Shown: piece by piece, positions 7,205 to 15,522 of the stretch
How positions within the stretch are numbered: the first letter of the stretch is position 1
Layout: each line of letters begins with the position of its first letter
IMG/VR virus record: IMGVR_UViG_3300029110_000001
Length of the DNA stretch: 38,551 bases
Source: a virus
Reading direction: 5' to 3' (one strand)
Notes under the pieces: generated by a model
Database searches by the model: none
What the model was told of the DNA's origin: nothing
What the model saw: only the letters and a program-made list of their open reading frames with translations
Program-made: the position numbers and the translations under genes

Positions 7205-8436
7205 AGTTTATTGACTTATTCGCAGGTATTGGCGGGTTCAGACTAGGAATGGAATCGGCAGGACACGAATGTGTGGCATTCTGTGAAATCGACAAGTTCG
7301 CTAGAGCTAGCTATAAAGCAATTCACAACACGGAGGGAGAAATAGAACTACATGACATTACCACAGTCACAGACGAAGAAATCAGAAACATCGGACACGT
7401 TGACGCAATTTGCGGAGGATTTCCGTGTCAAGCTTTCAGCATTGCAGGACATCGAAGAGGATTCGAAGATACTAGAGGAACTCTCTTCTTTGAAATCGCA
7501 AGGTTCGCCGCTATTCTCAAACCTAAGTATCTATTCCTTGAAAACGTCAAAGGACTCCTTAACCACGACAAGGGAGATACCTTTCAGACAATCCTCTCAG
7601 CGTTGGATGAACTCGGGTATGATGTGGAATGGCAAGTGCTTAACAGTAAAGATTTCGGAGTACCACAAAATCGGGAACGTGTGTTCATTATCGGACATCT
7701 TAGAGGACAACGTGGACGAAAGATTTTTCCTCTCAGCGGAGAAAGTCAGTCGATTAGTAATCAATCAGTCGTGAAAATTGGGAATGTGAACCCGTCTGGA
7801 AACGGCATTAATGGAGAAGTCTATCAAGCTGAAGGTCTAGCTCCTACGCTTACAACGAATAAGGGAGAAGGACAGAAGATAGCAGTAAAAAGTAATACCA
7901 TAAAACGATTTGGGGTATTGCAACCTAACTTTAATCAATGTGGGGTTGTTTACGAAACAGATGGACTATCGCCAACCATCAGATCATACCAAGGTGGGGG
8001 CCTTGAACCCAAAATAATTCAGCGCAGTCATGGTTATAACAATGGCGGAGAGCATTGCATTGCACCAACTCTTACAAGTAATAGCTATCACGAAAATAAC
8101 TTTTTAAAACTAAAAATCCGTGAAGCAACTAAGCAAGGATACGCTGAAGCGAGCGCGGGGGATAGTGTTAATTTGTCGCACCCCAACTCCAAAACACGAA
8201 GAGGGCGAGTTGGCGAGGGCATAGCTAACACGCTAGTAACTGGTGATAACCAAGGTGTGGGAACCTCTAACTTCCGTATTCGCAAGCTAACCCCTAGGGA
8301 ATGTTGGAGATTGCAAGGTTTCCCCGACTGGGCATTTGACAAGGCGCAAGAGGTCAATAGCAACAGTCAGCTATACAAGCAAGCTGGCAATAGCGTGACC
8401 GTCAATGTAATTAAAGAAATAGCGAGGTATTTATGA
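7201..8436 (+). CDS. DNA (cytosine-5)-methyltransferase with a long variable region
   Basis: TTG start 7 nt after AGGAGG. C5-MTase motifs are present: I FAGIGGF, IV GFPCQAFS, VI ENV, VIII QNRERVF, IX-like RKLTPRECWRLQGFP and X GNSV. No adjacent restriction gene. Confidence 0.92.
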   Translation: MKFIDLFAGIGGFRLGMESAGHECVAFCEIDKFARASYKAIHNTEGEIELHDITTVTDEEIRNIGHVDAICGGFPCQAFSIAGHRRGFEDTRGTLFFEIARFAAILKPKYLFLENVKGLLNHDKGDTFQTILSALDELGYDVEWQVLNSKDFGVPQNRERVFIIGHLRGQRGRKIFPLSGESQSISNQSVVKIGNVNPSGNGINGEVYQAEGLAPTLTTNKGEGQKIAVKSNTIKRFGVLQPNFNQCGVVYETDGLSPTIRSYQGGGLEPKIIQRSHGYNNGGEHCIAPTLTSNSYHENNFLKLKIREATKQGYAEASAGDSVNLSHPNSKTRRGRVGEGIANTLVTGDNQGVGTSNFRIRKLTPRECWRLQGFPDWAFDKAQEVNSNSQLYKQAGNSVTVNVIKEIARYL

Positions 8437-8720
8437 AACATAAAGATCTAACGATAGCGACAATTCTACTACTGGTCTCACTAGCGATTAACGTTACTAC
8501 TGTTCTACGAGTGGTTAACCGACCTATCGAGACAGTGGTTATCCATAAGGCTGATAATGCCGTTGAATTACATGGCAAGGTCACTGGAAAATCTATGGTA
8601 GGCAAGCTCTACACGCTCGATTGTGGGGCGTATGGTAAGTTTCTAGTGAGCAAAGAGCAGTACGATAGCGTGCAAGTCGGGGATGATATCCCGAGTTATT
8701 TAAGGGGGCGAGGACAATGA
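8433..8720 (+). CDS. Small membrane-anchored hypothetical protein (95 aa)
   Basis: An N-terminal hydrophobic helix (LTIATILLLVSLAINVTTVL), coupled to the flanking genes. Confidence 0.6.
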   Translation: MKHKDLTIATILLLVSLAINVTTVLRVVNRPIETVVIHKADNAVELHGKVTGKSMVGKLYTLDCGAYGKFLVSKEQYDSVQVGDDIPSYLRGRGQ

Positions 8721-9103
8721 TACCTAAATTTAGAGCGTGGGACGAAAAGAATAAAGAAATGTTTAAAGACACTTTTGCAGTTACTGAAAGCGGGGAAGTT
8801 GTAACGGTTGAGCAGGATTTTATCACAAACGCCCCAGATTATATCTTCGTAGACCATCTAACCATCATGCAATCAACTGGACTGACTGACAAAAATGGCA
8901 AAGAAATCTTCGAAGGGGATGTAGTCAAAATGGCTAAGAATGTCTATTCTGAGCCAACTTATTACGAAGTTGTAAGACATCGAGGCGGAGCATATCGCCT
9001 TGAATCTAAGCAATACGGATGTGAATTGTGGCTACGACATACCGACTGCGAAATTGCAGGGGATATATACGAGAATCCGGAACTGGTAGAAGTAAGCTCA
9101 TGA
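8717..9103 (+). CDS. YopX-family protein
   Basis: MIPKFRAWD start, QSTGLTDKNGKEIFEGDVV and a GDIYENPEL end are characteristic of YopX. Confidence 0.8.
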   Translation: MIPKFRAWDEKNKEMFKDTFAVTESGEVVTVEQDFITNAPDYIFVDHLTIMQSTGLTDKNGKEIFEGDVVKMAKNVYSEPTYYEVVRHRGGAYRLESKQYGCELWLRHTDCEIAGDIYENPELVEVSS

Positions 9104-9810
9104 GCGTGAGATACAAATATTCCGGACTGACCGAGGAATTATATCAACGGTTGGTCAGTGAGCATGAAGCACTCAAACAAGCACATAAAAAAGGCTCTTA
9201 TAAGCAGTTTTTCCAAGATGTGAAACAGTGCAGTGAAGTACAAGCTCGTATCATTTACCAAGCATTTAACAGTGCAGTCGTAGAACGTGCGAGGATATCG
9301 CCCAAAACTGTCGACAGACTAGAAGGCATTATCTCCTATGAACTATTCGACGACCTTCAAGACTATCTGTCTACGCATTACACAAGAGGCAAAACCACAC
9401 GCCCCGTTTTGGATAAAACCAATGCAGGACTGCCAGAGGAACTTTTCAAGCGGTTCCAAGAAGAAGTGGAAGAACTACGCAAGGAACACCCTAACAATCT
9501 AAATAACTACATTAGAGAGGTCAAGGGCTGCGACCAGAAAAATGCTAACAGAACCCAAAACGCCCTCAATCTGTGCTATGCGGAGAAAGCCGCCCTAACT
9601 CCGTTGAAGGCAATTCAAATGGAAGGACTACTTTCGAGAGAGTTATTCGGCAAAATTATTGATTATGTATTTAATAACTATGAATGGAGCGAGAGGTTGG
9701 ACGATGAAGTTGATCGCATCATACTTAAATATCGCACCAAGGGCAAGGTTGGACGTAATAAAATCACGGTCAGAAAAGCCTTATATAAAGCCTATGCACT
9801 AGGCGTGTAG
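9100..9810 (+). CDS. Hypothetical protein with an internal ~85-aa duplication (236 aa)
   Basis: I prefer the ATG at 9100 (an ATGA overlap with the YopX stop) to the track start at 9028. The two repeats share GL(T/P)EEL..R...E.L...H......VK.C......P......EG..S.ELF....DY. Confidence 0.65.
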   Translation: MSVRYKYSGLTEELYQRLVSEHEALKQAHKKGSYKQFFQDVKQCSEVQARIIYQAFNSAVVERARISPKTVDRLEGIISYELFDDLQDYLSTHYTRGKTTRPVLDKTNAGLPEELFKRFQEEVEELRKEHPNNLNNYIREVKGCDQKNANRTQNALNLCYAEKAALTPLKAIQMEGLLSRELFGKIIDYVFNNYEWSERLDDEVDRIILKYRTKGKVGRNKITVRKALYKAYALGV

Positions 9811-9849
9811 CTAGAACGGTTTATGAGGGTTCGACTCCCTTGCTAGCTA
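9809..9849 (+). ncRNA. tRNA-like minihelix: an acceptor stem plus T-arm, with no D or anticodon arms
   Basis: The 5' strand agctaga (9809-9815) pairs with gctagct (9842-9848), giving 6 bp plus an A/G mismatch. The T-stem is gaggg/ccctt (9825-9829/9837-9841) around the loop TTCGACT. A discriminator A follows at 9849, with no encoded CCA. Confidence 0.35.
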
Positions 9850-10178
9850 TTGTCTGTCAAAACATCCAAGAGACACTTTTTAACACCGGGCAAGCTGACA
9901 GACCTTGTCCGAATAAACCCAGCAAATTTAAGAAAAAAGGATGTGAAAAACCCTCTTTCTTATTGATATCTTGCATTACAAAATAGCCAAAGGCCTTGCT
10001 GGTGTCTATGGCTAGAAGGAGGTAATAAAAGGCTCGAGAAACACCCAAAGAATAAATACGTATTCTATCTTTTCAATAAAATCTCTTAACGTTTCTTGGG
10101 CTAAAATAAAAAAAGACCGACACAATGGCCGGCACTCTTTGGAAATCAACACTACTATTATACCAGAGAGGGCTTAAA

Positions 10179-10595
10179 ATGCTATTGCCGGAAATTGATG
10201 AAAAAGCAACAATCAAACGTTGCAAGCGAAAACTTCGAGAATATCCACGCTGGCGAGAGATTGCACACGATAGCGCTGAACAAAAGATAACACAAGAGTT
10301 TACCTTCATGCCCAGAGGTGGCAGTGGGGTAAGTAGACCGGTGGAAAATATTGCAGTTAGGCGAGTTGATGCAATGAACGAGCTAGAAGCCATAGAGCAA
10401 GCAGTTAGTGGGCTATATCGCCCAGACTATCGCAGAATACTGATTGAGAAATATCTAGCTTATCCACCGAAACCGAACTGGCAAATCGCCCAGGCAATCG
10501 GATTCGAGAGAACGGCTTTTCAAGAGCTACTTAATAATGCTATCCTAGCATTTGCTGAATTGTATAGAGATGGCAAATTAGTTGTAGAATGTTGA
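10179..10595 (+). CDS. ArpU-family late transcriptional regulator (138 aa)
   Basis: I prefer the start at ATG 10179 (MLLPEIDEKATIKRCKRKLREYPRW...), which follows AGAGGG. Size, position immediately upstream of terS and N-terminal motif fit the ArpU/RinA-like class. Confidence 0.65.
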   Translation: MLLPEIDEKATIKRCKRKLREYPRWREIAHDSAEQKITQEFTFMPRGGSGVSRPVENIAVRRVDAMNELEAIEQAVSGLYRPDYRRILIEKYLAYPPKPNWQIAQAIGFERTAFQELLNNAILAFAELYRDGKLVVEC

Positions 10596-10598
10596 AAT

Positions 10599-10657
10599 GA
10601 CGGTATTTTGACGGATAAAGCACGGTATCTTACAACTGTTTAAAGTGGTATTATTAT
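10599..10657 (+). promoter_or_regulatory. Putative late promoter region: three ACGGTAT-like repeats at 11-bp phasing, followed by TTACAA-16 nt-TATTAT
   Basis: gacggtat (10599), gacggata (10610) and cacggtat (10621). A -35-like TTACAA is at 10630-10635 and a -10-like TATTAT at 10652-10657. Confidence 0.4.
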
Positions 10658-10673
10658 ATTATCGAAGAAAATC

Positions 10674-10704
10674 AGAGACAGCTCACTTTGTGGGTTGTCT
10701 TTTT
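10674..10704 (+). terminator. Leader hairpin with a short U-tract between the putative late promoter and terS. Weak terminator or attenuator candidate.
   Basis: agagacagc (10674-10682) pairs with gttgtcttt (10694-10702): 9 bp including 2 G-U, with an 11-nt loop, followed by tt. Confidence 0.3.
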
Positions 10705-10723
10705 CAGTATCAGAAAGGAGTTG

Positions 10724-11167
10724 ATGGAAAATGGGATGACCGAGAAACAAATGAAGTTTGCCGATGAGTACATCATCAGCCTAAATGCTTCGCAAGCGTA
10801 TAAGAAGGCTTATCCTAATATTAAGAACAATGATGTTGCGAAAGCTAACGGAAGCAGACTGCTTGCTAAAGCTAACATCAAGGCTTATATAGACGAGCAG
10901 CTTGAAAAATTAAAGTCGGAACGTGTTGCGGATCAACAAGAGGTCATGGAATTTCTCACTGCCGTAATGCGTGGTGAGGTTGAAGAACCCTTACTTGTCC
11001 TGGATGGTGAGGGTATGCAGCGCATTGCTCAAGCTAAGCCGAATGTTGCCACCCGTCGAGCTGCGGCAGTTGATATCGGTAAACGTTACAGAATGTGGAC
11101 AGATAAGGTCGAAGCCGATGTAACGCAAGATATCAATATTAATGTCGGTGAATGGAATGACGATTAA
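10724..11167 (+). CDS. terS: Terminase small subunit
   Basis: The sequence MTEKQMKFADEYIISLNASQAYKKAYPNIKNNDVAKANGSRLL is a typical Terminase_2-type HTH N-terminus. The start is ambiguous between ATG 10724 and ATG 10736. Confidence 0.8.
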   Translation: MENGMTEKQMKFADEYIISLNASQAYKKAYPNIKNNDVAKANGSRLLAKANIKAYIDEQLEKLKSERVADQQEVMEFLTAVMRGEVEEPLLVLDGEGMQRIAQAKPNVATRRAAAVDIGKRYRMWTDKVEADVTQDININVGEWNDD

Positions 11168-12422
11168 TCTTGAAATCAATCCAAGCAGGGTGTTTAACCG
11201 TCACATCTATGAACATCTATTTGATTACGACACATTCACTGAGGTACATTACGGTGGAGCGTCAAGCGGTAAGAGCCATGGGGTCTTCCAGAAGATTGTC
11301 CTTAAAGCTCTTAAAAAGTGGGACAAACCCCGAAAGATATTGATATTGCGAAAAGTAGGTTCCACTGTTCGTGACTCGGTATTTGCTGACGTTCAAGCAG
11401 CGCTGTCTTATTTCGGTGTACTTAATCTATGCAAAGTTAACATGAGCGCATTCCGAATCGAATTGCCAAACGGTGCTGAGCTGATTTTTAAAGGGATGGA
11501 TAACCCAGAGAAGATTAAGTCTATCAAAGGCATTTCGGACGTGGTTATGGAAGAAGCGTCAGAGTTTACGCTTGATGATTATACACAGCTGACACTTCGC
11601 TTGAGGGATAAAGCTCACAAGCAGAAACAAATCTATTTGATGTTTAACCCTGTTTCTAAAGCTAACTGGGTATATAATGCGTTCTTTGTGAAGAACCCTA
11701 AGAATACAGTGGTTTACCAAACAACGTATAAGGCCAATCGTTTCCTGGACGACTTGACCAAGGAGAATATCGAGGAACTAGCGAATCGGAACGAAGCCTA
11801 CTACAAAATCTATGCTTTGGGTGAATTCGCAACACTCGACAAACTAGTTTTTCCAAAATACGAAAAGAGATTACTTAACAAGGACGAACTTAAACAGTTA
11901 CCGTCCTTTTTTGGTCTTGACTTTGGGTTTACTAACGACCCCACGGCGTTTATGCACGTCAAAATAGACCGAGAGAACAAGCGGCTATATATCCTTGAGG
12001 AATATGTCAAAAAGGGCTTGCTTAACAACCAAATAGCAGAAGCCATCACTAGCCTTGGCTATTCAAAAGAGGTGATTATGGCTGACTCAGCGGAGCAGAA
12101 ATCTATTGCAGAATTGCAAACACTGGGATTGCGTCGAGCTATTCCAGTAGATAAGGGTAAAGGTTCGGTCCTTCAAGGGATTCAGTTCTTGCAGCAATTA
12201 GACATCATTGTCGATGAAAGGTGCGTCAAGACGATTGAGGAGCTTGAGAACTATACATGGCAGAAAGATAAACATACAAACGAGTATATCAACAAGCCGT
12301 GTGATAGTTATAACCACTGTATCGACGCTATTAGATACGCACTTCAAAACCTTATTTTCGTCAAGGACAGACAGGACGTAGACGCTAAGATTAGAAGGGT
12401 TAACAAACTGATAAGGAGATAG
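11142..12422 (+). CDS. terL: Terminase large subunit (PBSX/SPP1-like headful type)
   Basis: A Walker A motif (GGASSGKS), an ATPase plus nuclease architecture, about 420 aa. The start could instead be ATG 11157. Confidence 0.88.
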   Translation: MSVNGMTINLEINPSRVFNRHIYEHLFDYDTFTEVHYGGASSGKSHGVFQKIVLKALKKWDKPRKILILRKVGSTVRDSVFADVQAALSYFGVLNLCKVNMSAFRIELPNGAELIFKGMDNPEKIKSIKGISDVVMEEASEFTLDDYTQLTLRLRDKAHKQKQIYLMFNPVSKANWVYNAFFVKNPKNTVVYQTTYKANRFLDDLTKENIEELANRNEAYYKIYALGEFATLDKLVFPKYEKRLLNKDELKQLPSFFGLDFGFTNDPTAFMHVKIDRENKRLYILEEYVKKGLLNNQIAEAITSLGYSKEVIMADSAEQKSIAELQTLGLRRAIPVDKGKGSVLQGIQFLQQLDIIVDERCVKTIEELENYTWQKDKHTNEYINKPCDSYNHCIDAIRYALQNLIFVKDRQDVDAKIRRVNKLIRR

Positions 12423-12423
12423 A

Positions 12424-13923
12424 ATGACGAATACAACACATAGTGCTGACGATATTTTGCATGAAGGCCAGTATATCCCTAGATCGTACCAATTCGAGCG
12501 TGACATGGAGCCGACTAGCTTGCAAAAGCGTGAAGACTTTCTTCGCTTTCCCAAAGAAGCTAACACCCACTTCATGGCTCAATCAGCGGACGACCTAGTG
12601 GACACGTTCCAAGGGCGTGAGAAGTTAGAGAAGATGGTAGTTCAGTTCCAAGACGGACAGATAGACCGCTTGAATATCCTAGAGAGCTACTCAAACGGGA
12701 ACAACTACACCATTCTAAATGGTCGTAAACGACTAGAACCAGAGAAAGCTGACTACCGTATTAGGCATGACCTGGGGGGACAAGCTAGCCGCTTTTTTAC
12801 CGGTTATACAGTGGGGCAGCCTATTTCAATCGGAGCCACTGATGCTAATAGCGACTTGACGGCTATTGACGATTTCAACGCTTACAACGACATTGAAGCC
12901 CTTAACCGTGAATTAGTCTATGACGCTTCACGCTTTGGGCGAGCGTTTGAGTTGCATTATTATGACGAGTTTGGCAATCCTGCAGTGGTCTTGATTGACA
13001 CAAGAGAGATGTTCACAATCCGCAGTGCAGACGTCCGAAAGGATATCATTGCGGCTGTGCATTGCCCAGTTTACAACGGTGAAATGTTTGTCACGGTCTA
13101 TACGGACAACAAGATTGTTAGCTATGATCCAAACTGGCAGGAAATCGAACGAAAAGAAAACCCGTTCGGAATGGTGCCAGTGGTTGAATGGCAGAACAAC
13201 CGAGAGCGTTCGGGAGACTGGGAGAAAGGTATTCCAATCATTGACGCTTATGACGCAGCAGAATCTGACACGGCTAACTATATGTCAGACCTTAACGATG
13301 CCATGCTAGTTATCAAGGGAGATGTTGAAAGTACGGGTATGAATGCATCTGACATCATGAAAATGAAACACGCTAACATGCTAGTGCTTGAGAGTGGTGT
13401 CGGACACAACGGACAGCAAACGTCACTAGATGCCGGCTATATCTACAAGCAATACGATGTCAGCGGTGTTGAAGCGTATAAATCACGTTTGATTAAAGAC
13501 TTCTTCCGCATTGTCGGACTACCTAACTTGCAAGACGATTCGACTTTCTCAGCTACGTCTGGGATTGCTATCCGCTACAAGCTAGTTGATTTGCAGCAAG
13601 TTACAGCAGTTAAGCGTGGGTTCTTTGTTAAGGCACTTCGAAGACGCTATAAGCTGCTTGAGTTGCTATCTAACAATCTTAAAGGTATTGAACCAGTGGA
13701 CGCTGACATGCTGACATTTACGTTCCATGAGAATTTGCCAACGGACGTATGGGCTGAGATTCAATCAGCTATCAATTCTGGTATGGAAATCTCGCAAGAG
13801 ACACTGATGGAATCAGCTAGCTTCACCGACGCTCGCAAAGAAAAGAGCCGTTTGCTCAAAGAGGGCGGGGCTACTGATCTAGAAGTTAGTCAGATTGTAG
13901 GTGTTGAGGATGATGACGAATAA
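12424..13923 (+). CDS. Portal protein (SPP1 gp6-like)
   Basis: 499 aa, immediately after terL, with a typical acidic C-terminus (VGVEDDDE). Confidence 0.8.
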   Translation: MTNTTHSADDILHEGQYIPRSYQFERDMEPTSLQKREDFLRFPKEANTHFMAQSADDLVDTFQGREKLEKMVVQFQDGQIDRLNILESYSNGNNYTILNGRKRLEPEKADYRIRHDLGGQASRFFTGYTVGQPISIGATDANSDLTAIDDFNAYNDIEALNRELVYDASRFGRAFELHYYDEFGNPAVVLIDTREMFTIRSADVRKDIIAAVHCPVYNGEMFVTVYTDNKIVSYDPNWQEIERKENPFGMVPVVEWQNNRERSGDWEKGIPIIDAYDAAESDTANYMSDLNDAMLVIKGDVESTGMNASDIMKMKHANMLVLESGVGHNGQQTSLDAGYIYKQYDVSGVEAYKSRLIKDFFRIVGLPNLQDDSTFSATSGIAIRYKLVDLQQVTAVKRGFFVKALRRRYKLLELLSNNLKGIEPVDADMLTFTFHENLPTDVWAEIQSAINSGMEISQETLMESASFTDARKEKSRLLKEGGATDLEVSQIVGVEDDDE

Positions 13924-14866
13924 TGAGCGCTACAATGCTGAACGAAAGGCGCAATCAGACCTAATCAAGCGTGACATAGAACGTGACAAGGTCTTAAAAG
14001 AGCTTTATCAAGCGTCTTATAGCCGTATGCAGAGCCAAATAAACGGCTTTTACATGCGCTACGCTGACAAAGAGGGGCTAAGTCGTGCCGAAGCTATGAA
14101 GCGAGCTAGTGAGTTCGATGTTACTGAGTACAGAGACCGAGCAAGAAAGGCAGTAGTCGAGAAAGATTTCTCACACGGCACTAACCAATGGCTAAGACTG
14201 TTTAACCTCAAAATGAAAGTCAGCCGTTTGGAGCTACTCAAAGCAGAATTAAGGCTTGAAATAGCTAGCCTTATATCAGACGTCAACGAAGTCTTTGACG
14301 AGGCGCGTGAGAACGAATATTTAGCCGAATTTAAGCGTCAAGCGGGTATCTTGGGCAATTCTGCCGTCAATGCAGTAAGTCGCATGAGAGCGATTTTAGA
14401 CGCTGATTTCTACGGACAGAATTTTAGTCGTAGAGTTTGGGGCAGAAATGGACTTCATGCAAACATGCAGAAGGATGTGTTTAGCTCGTTAGCGCGTATC
14501 TTCACCGACATGGACGGTTTTAAGCAGGAACGGCAGCGGTTAGCTAAGAAATATAACACAAGCCAAGCCAACGCCCAACGATTGCTCAAGACCGAAATAG
14601 CTCGCATTAATGCTGATACAGAATTGATGATGTTGAAAGAGAATAACTTCACACATTTAATCTATGTAGCAGAAAGCGGGGCTTGCGATATCTGTAAACC
14701 TTTGGATAAAAAAGCTATACCAATTAACAAGGCAGAAAAAGGGGTTAACATGTACCCGATGCACCCAAACTGTCGCTGTTCAGCGTATGGACATATCGAA
14801 ATGGAATATAAAGCTGGCGGCAGCACTCTTGACGAAGAAGCTGTCAACGGCGTTTGGGGTGAATAA
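13910..14866 (+). CDS. Minor head protein (Mu F / SPP1 gp7-like)
   Basis: A C-terminal NMYPMHPNCRCS motif and a position after the portal gene. The track start at 13901 is GTG, and I prefer ATG 13910 or 13913. Confidence 0.75.
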   Translation: MMTNNERYNAERKAQSDLIKRDIERDKVLKELYQASYSRMQSQINGFYMRYADKEGLSRAEAMKRASEFDVTEYRDRARKAVVEKDFSHGTNQWLRLFNLKMKVSRLELLKAELRLEIASLISDVNEVFDEARENEYLAEFKRQAGILGNSAVNAVSRMRAILDADFYGQNFSRRVWGRNGLHANMQKDVFSSLARIFTDMDGFKQERQRLAKKYNTSQANAQRLLKTEIARINADTELMMLKENNFTHLIYVAESGACDICKPLDKKAIPINKAEKGVNMYPMHPNCRCSAYGHIEMEYKAGGSTLDEEAVNGVWGE

Positions 14867-14952
14867 CCCCTTGTCCAGACCGTGCTGAGGACACTAAAAG
14901 CTGCATGAGTTCGTCGAGGTTGGACGTTAAAGCGTAAAGAAAGGAGCCTATC

Positions 14953-15504
14953 ATGGCAGAAAAAGAACTTGAAACAGTTGAGAATCCTCAAGAGGTTGAA
15001 GCTAGCCAACCAGAAAAAGAGGAGAAAATGGTGTCAGTTGCTGAAATGCAGCGTAGACTCAAGCAGATGGAAGAGAAACACACTCTTGAAATTGCTGATA
15101 TGCAGACCGGTATTCAATCTCAAATCGAGGAAGCCGTTGCTAAAGCTAAAATGAGTGAAGAAGAACTTCAAGAGCTGCAACAGAAACAGCGTGATAAAGA
15201 ATTCGAAGAAGCACAGAGCACAATTGCAGCACTTCAAGCTCAAATCGCTCAACGTCAAATGCAGGATGTCGCTATTAAAGAGCTCGAAGCTCAAGGCGTC
15301 CCCGTTAATGAGTCAACGCTTGCATTTGTTGTCAAAGGCGACGAAGAAGCTACCAAGTTAGCTGTTTCAAATATGGCTAACATTCTAAACTTGCAGAAAC
15401 GAGAGGAAGCCAAAGCTCTACCACCTCGCACTAGCGGCGGAGAGGAAGGGCGTTCTCATCGTGGAAAAGACAAGTTTGACAAAGCCAAAATCACTAATTT
15501 CTAA
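14953..15504 (+). CDS. Scaffolding protein
   Basis: An acidic, helical 183-aa protein directly upstream of the capsid gene. Confidence 0.65.
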   Translation: MAEKELETVENPQEVEASQPEKEEKMVSVAEMQRRLKQMEEKHTLEIADMQTGIQSQIEEAVAKAKMSEEELQELQQKQRDKEFEEAQSTIAALQAQIAQRQMQDVAIKELEAQGVPVNESTLAFVVKGDEEATKLAVSNMANILNLQKREEAKALPPRTSGGEEGRSHRGKDKFDKAKITNF

Positions 15505-15522
15505 TTTAAGAAAGGAGAGCGC

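Noticed and set aside
7352-7774. 140-aa alternative-frame ORF inside the methyltransferase gene
   Set aside because: It overlaps conserved C5-MTase motifs read in the other frame and has no independent start signals.
9740-9850. A complete tRNA gene ending at 9849
   Set aside because: Only the acceptor and T-arm can be drawn. No sequence complementary to gctagct lies 70-90 nt upstream, and there is no D-arm or anticodon arm. It is therefore reported only as a tRNA-like minihelix.
9857-10048. 63-aa minus-strand ORF in the early/late intergenic gap
   Set aside because: It starts with TTG and has no Shine-Dalgarno sequence. It is oriented against all neighbouring genes and has a hydrophobic, low-complexity composition, so the region is better treated as non-coding.
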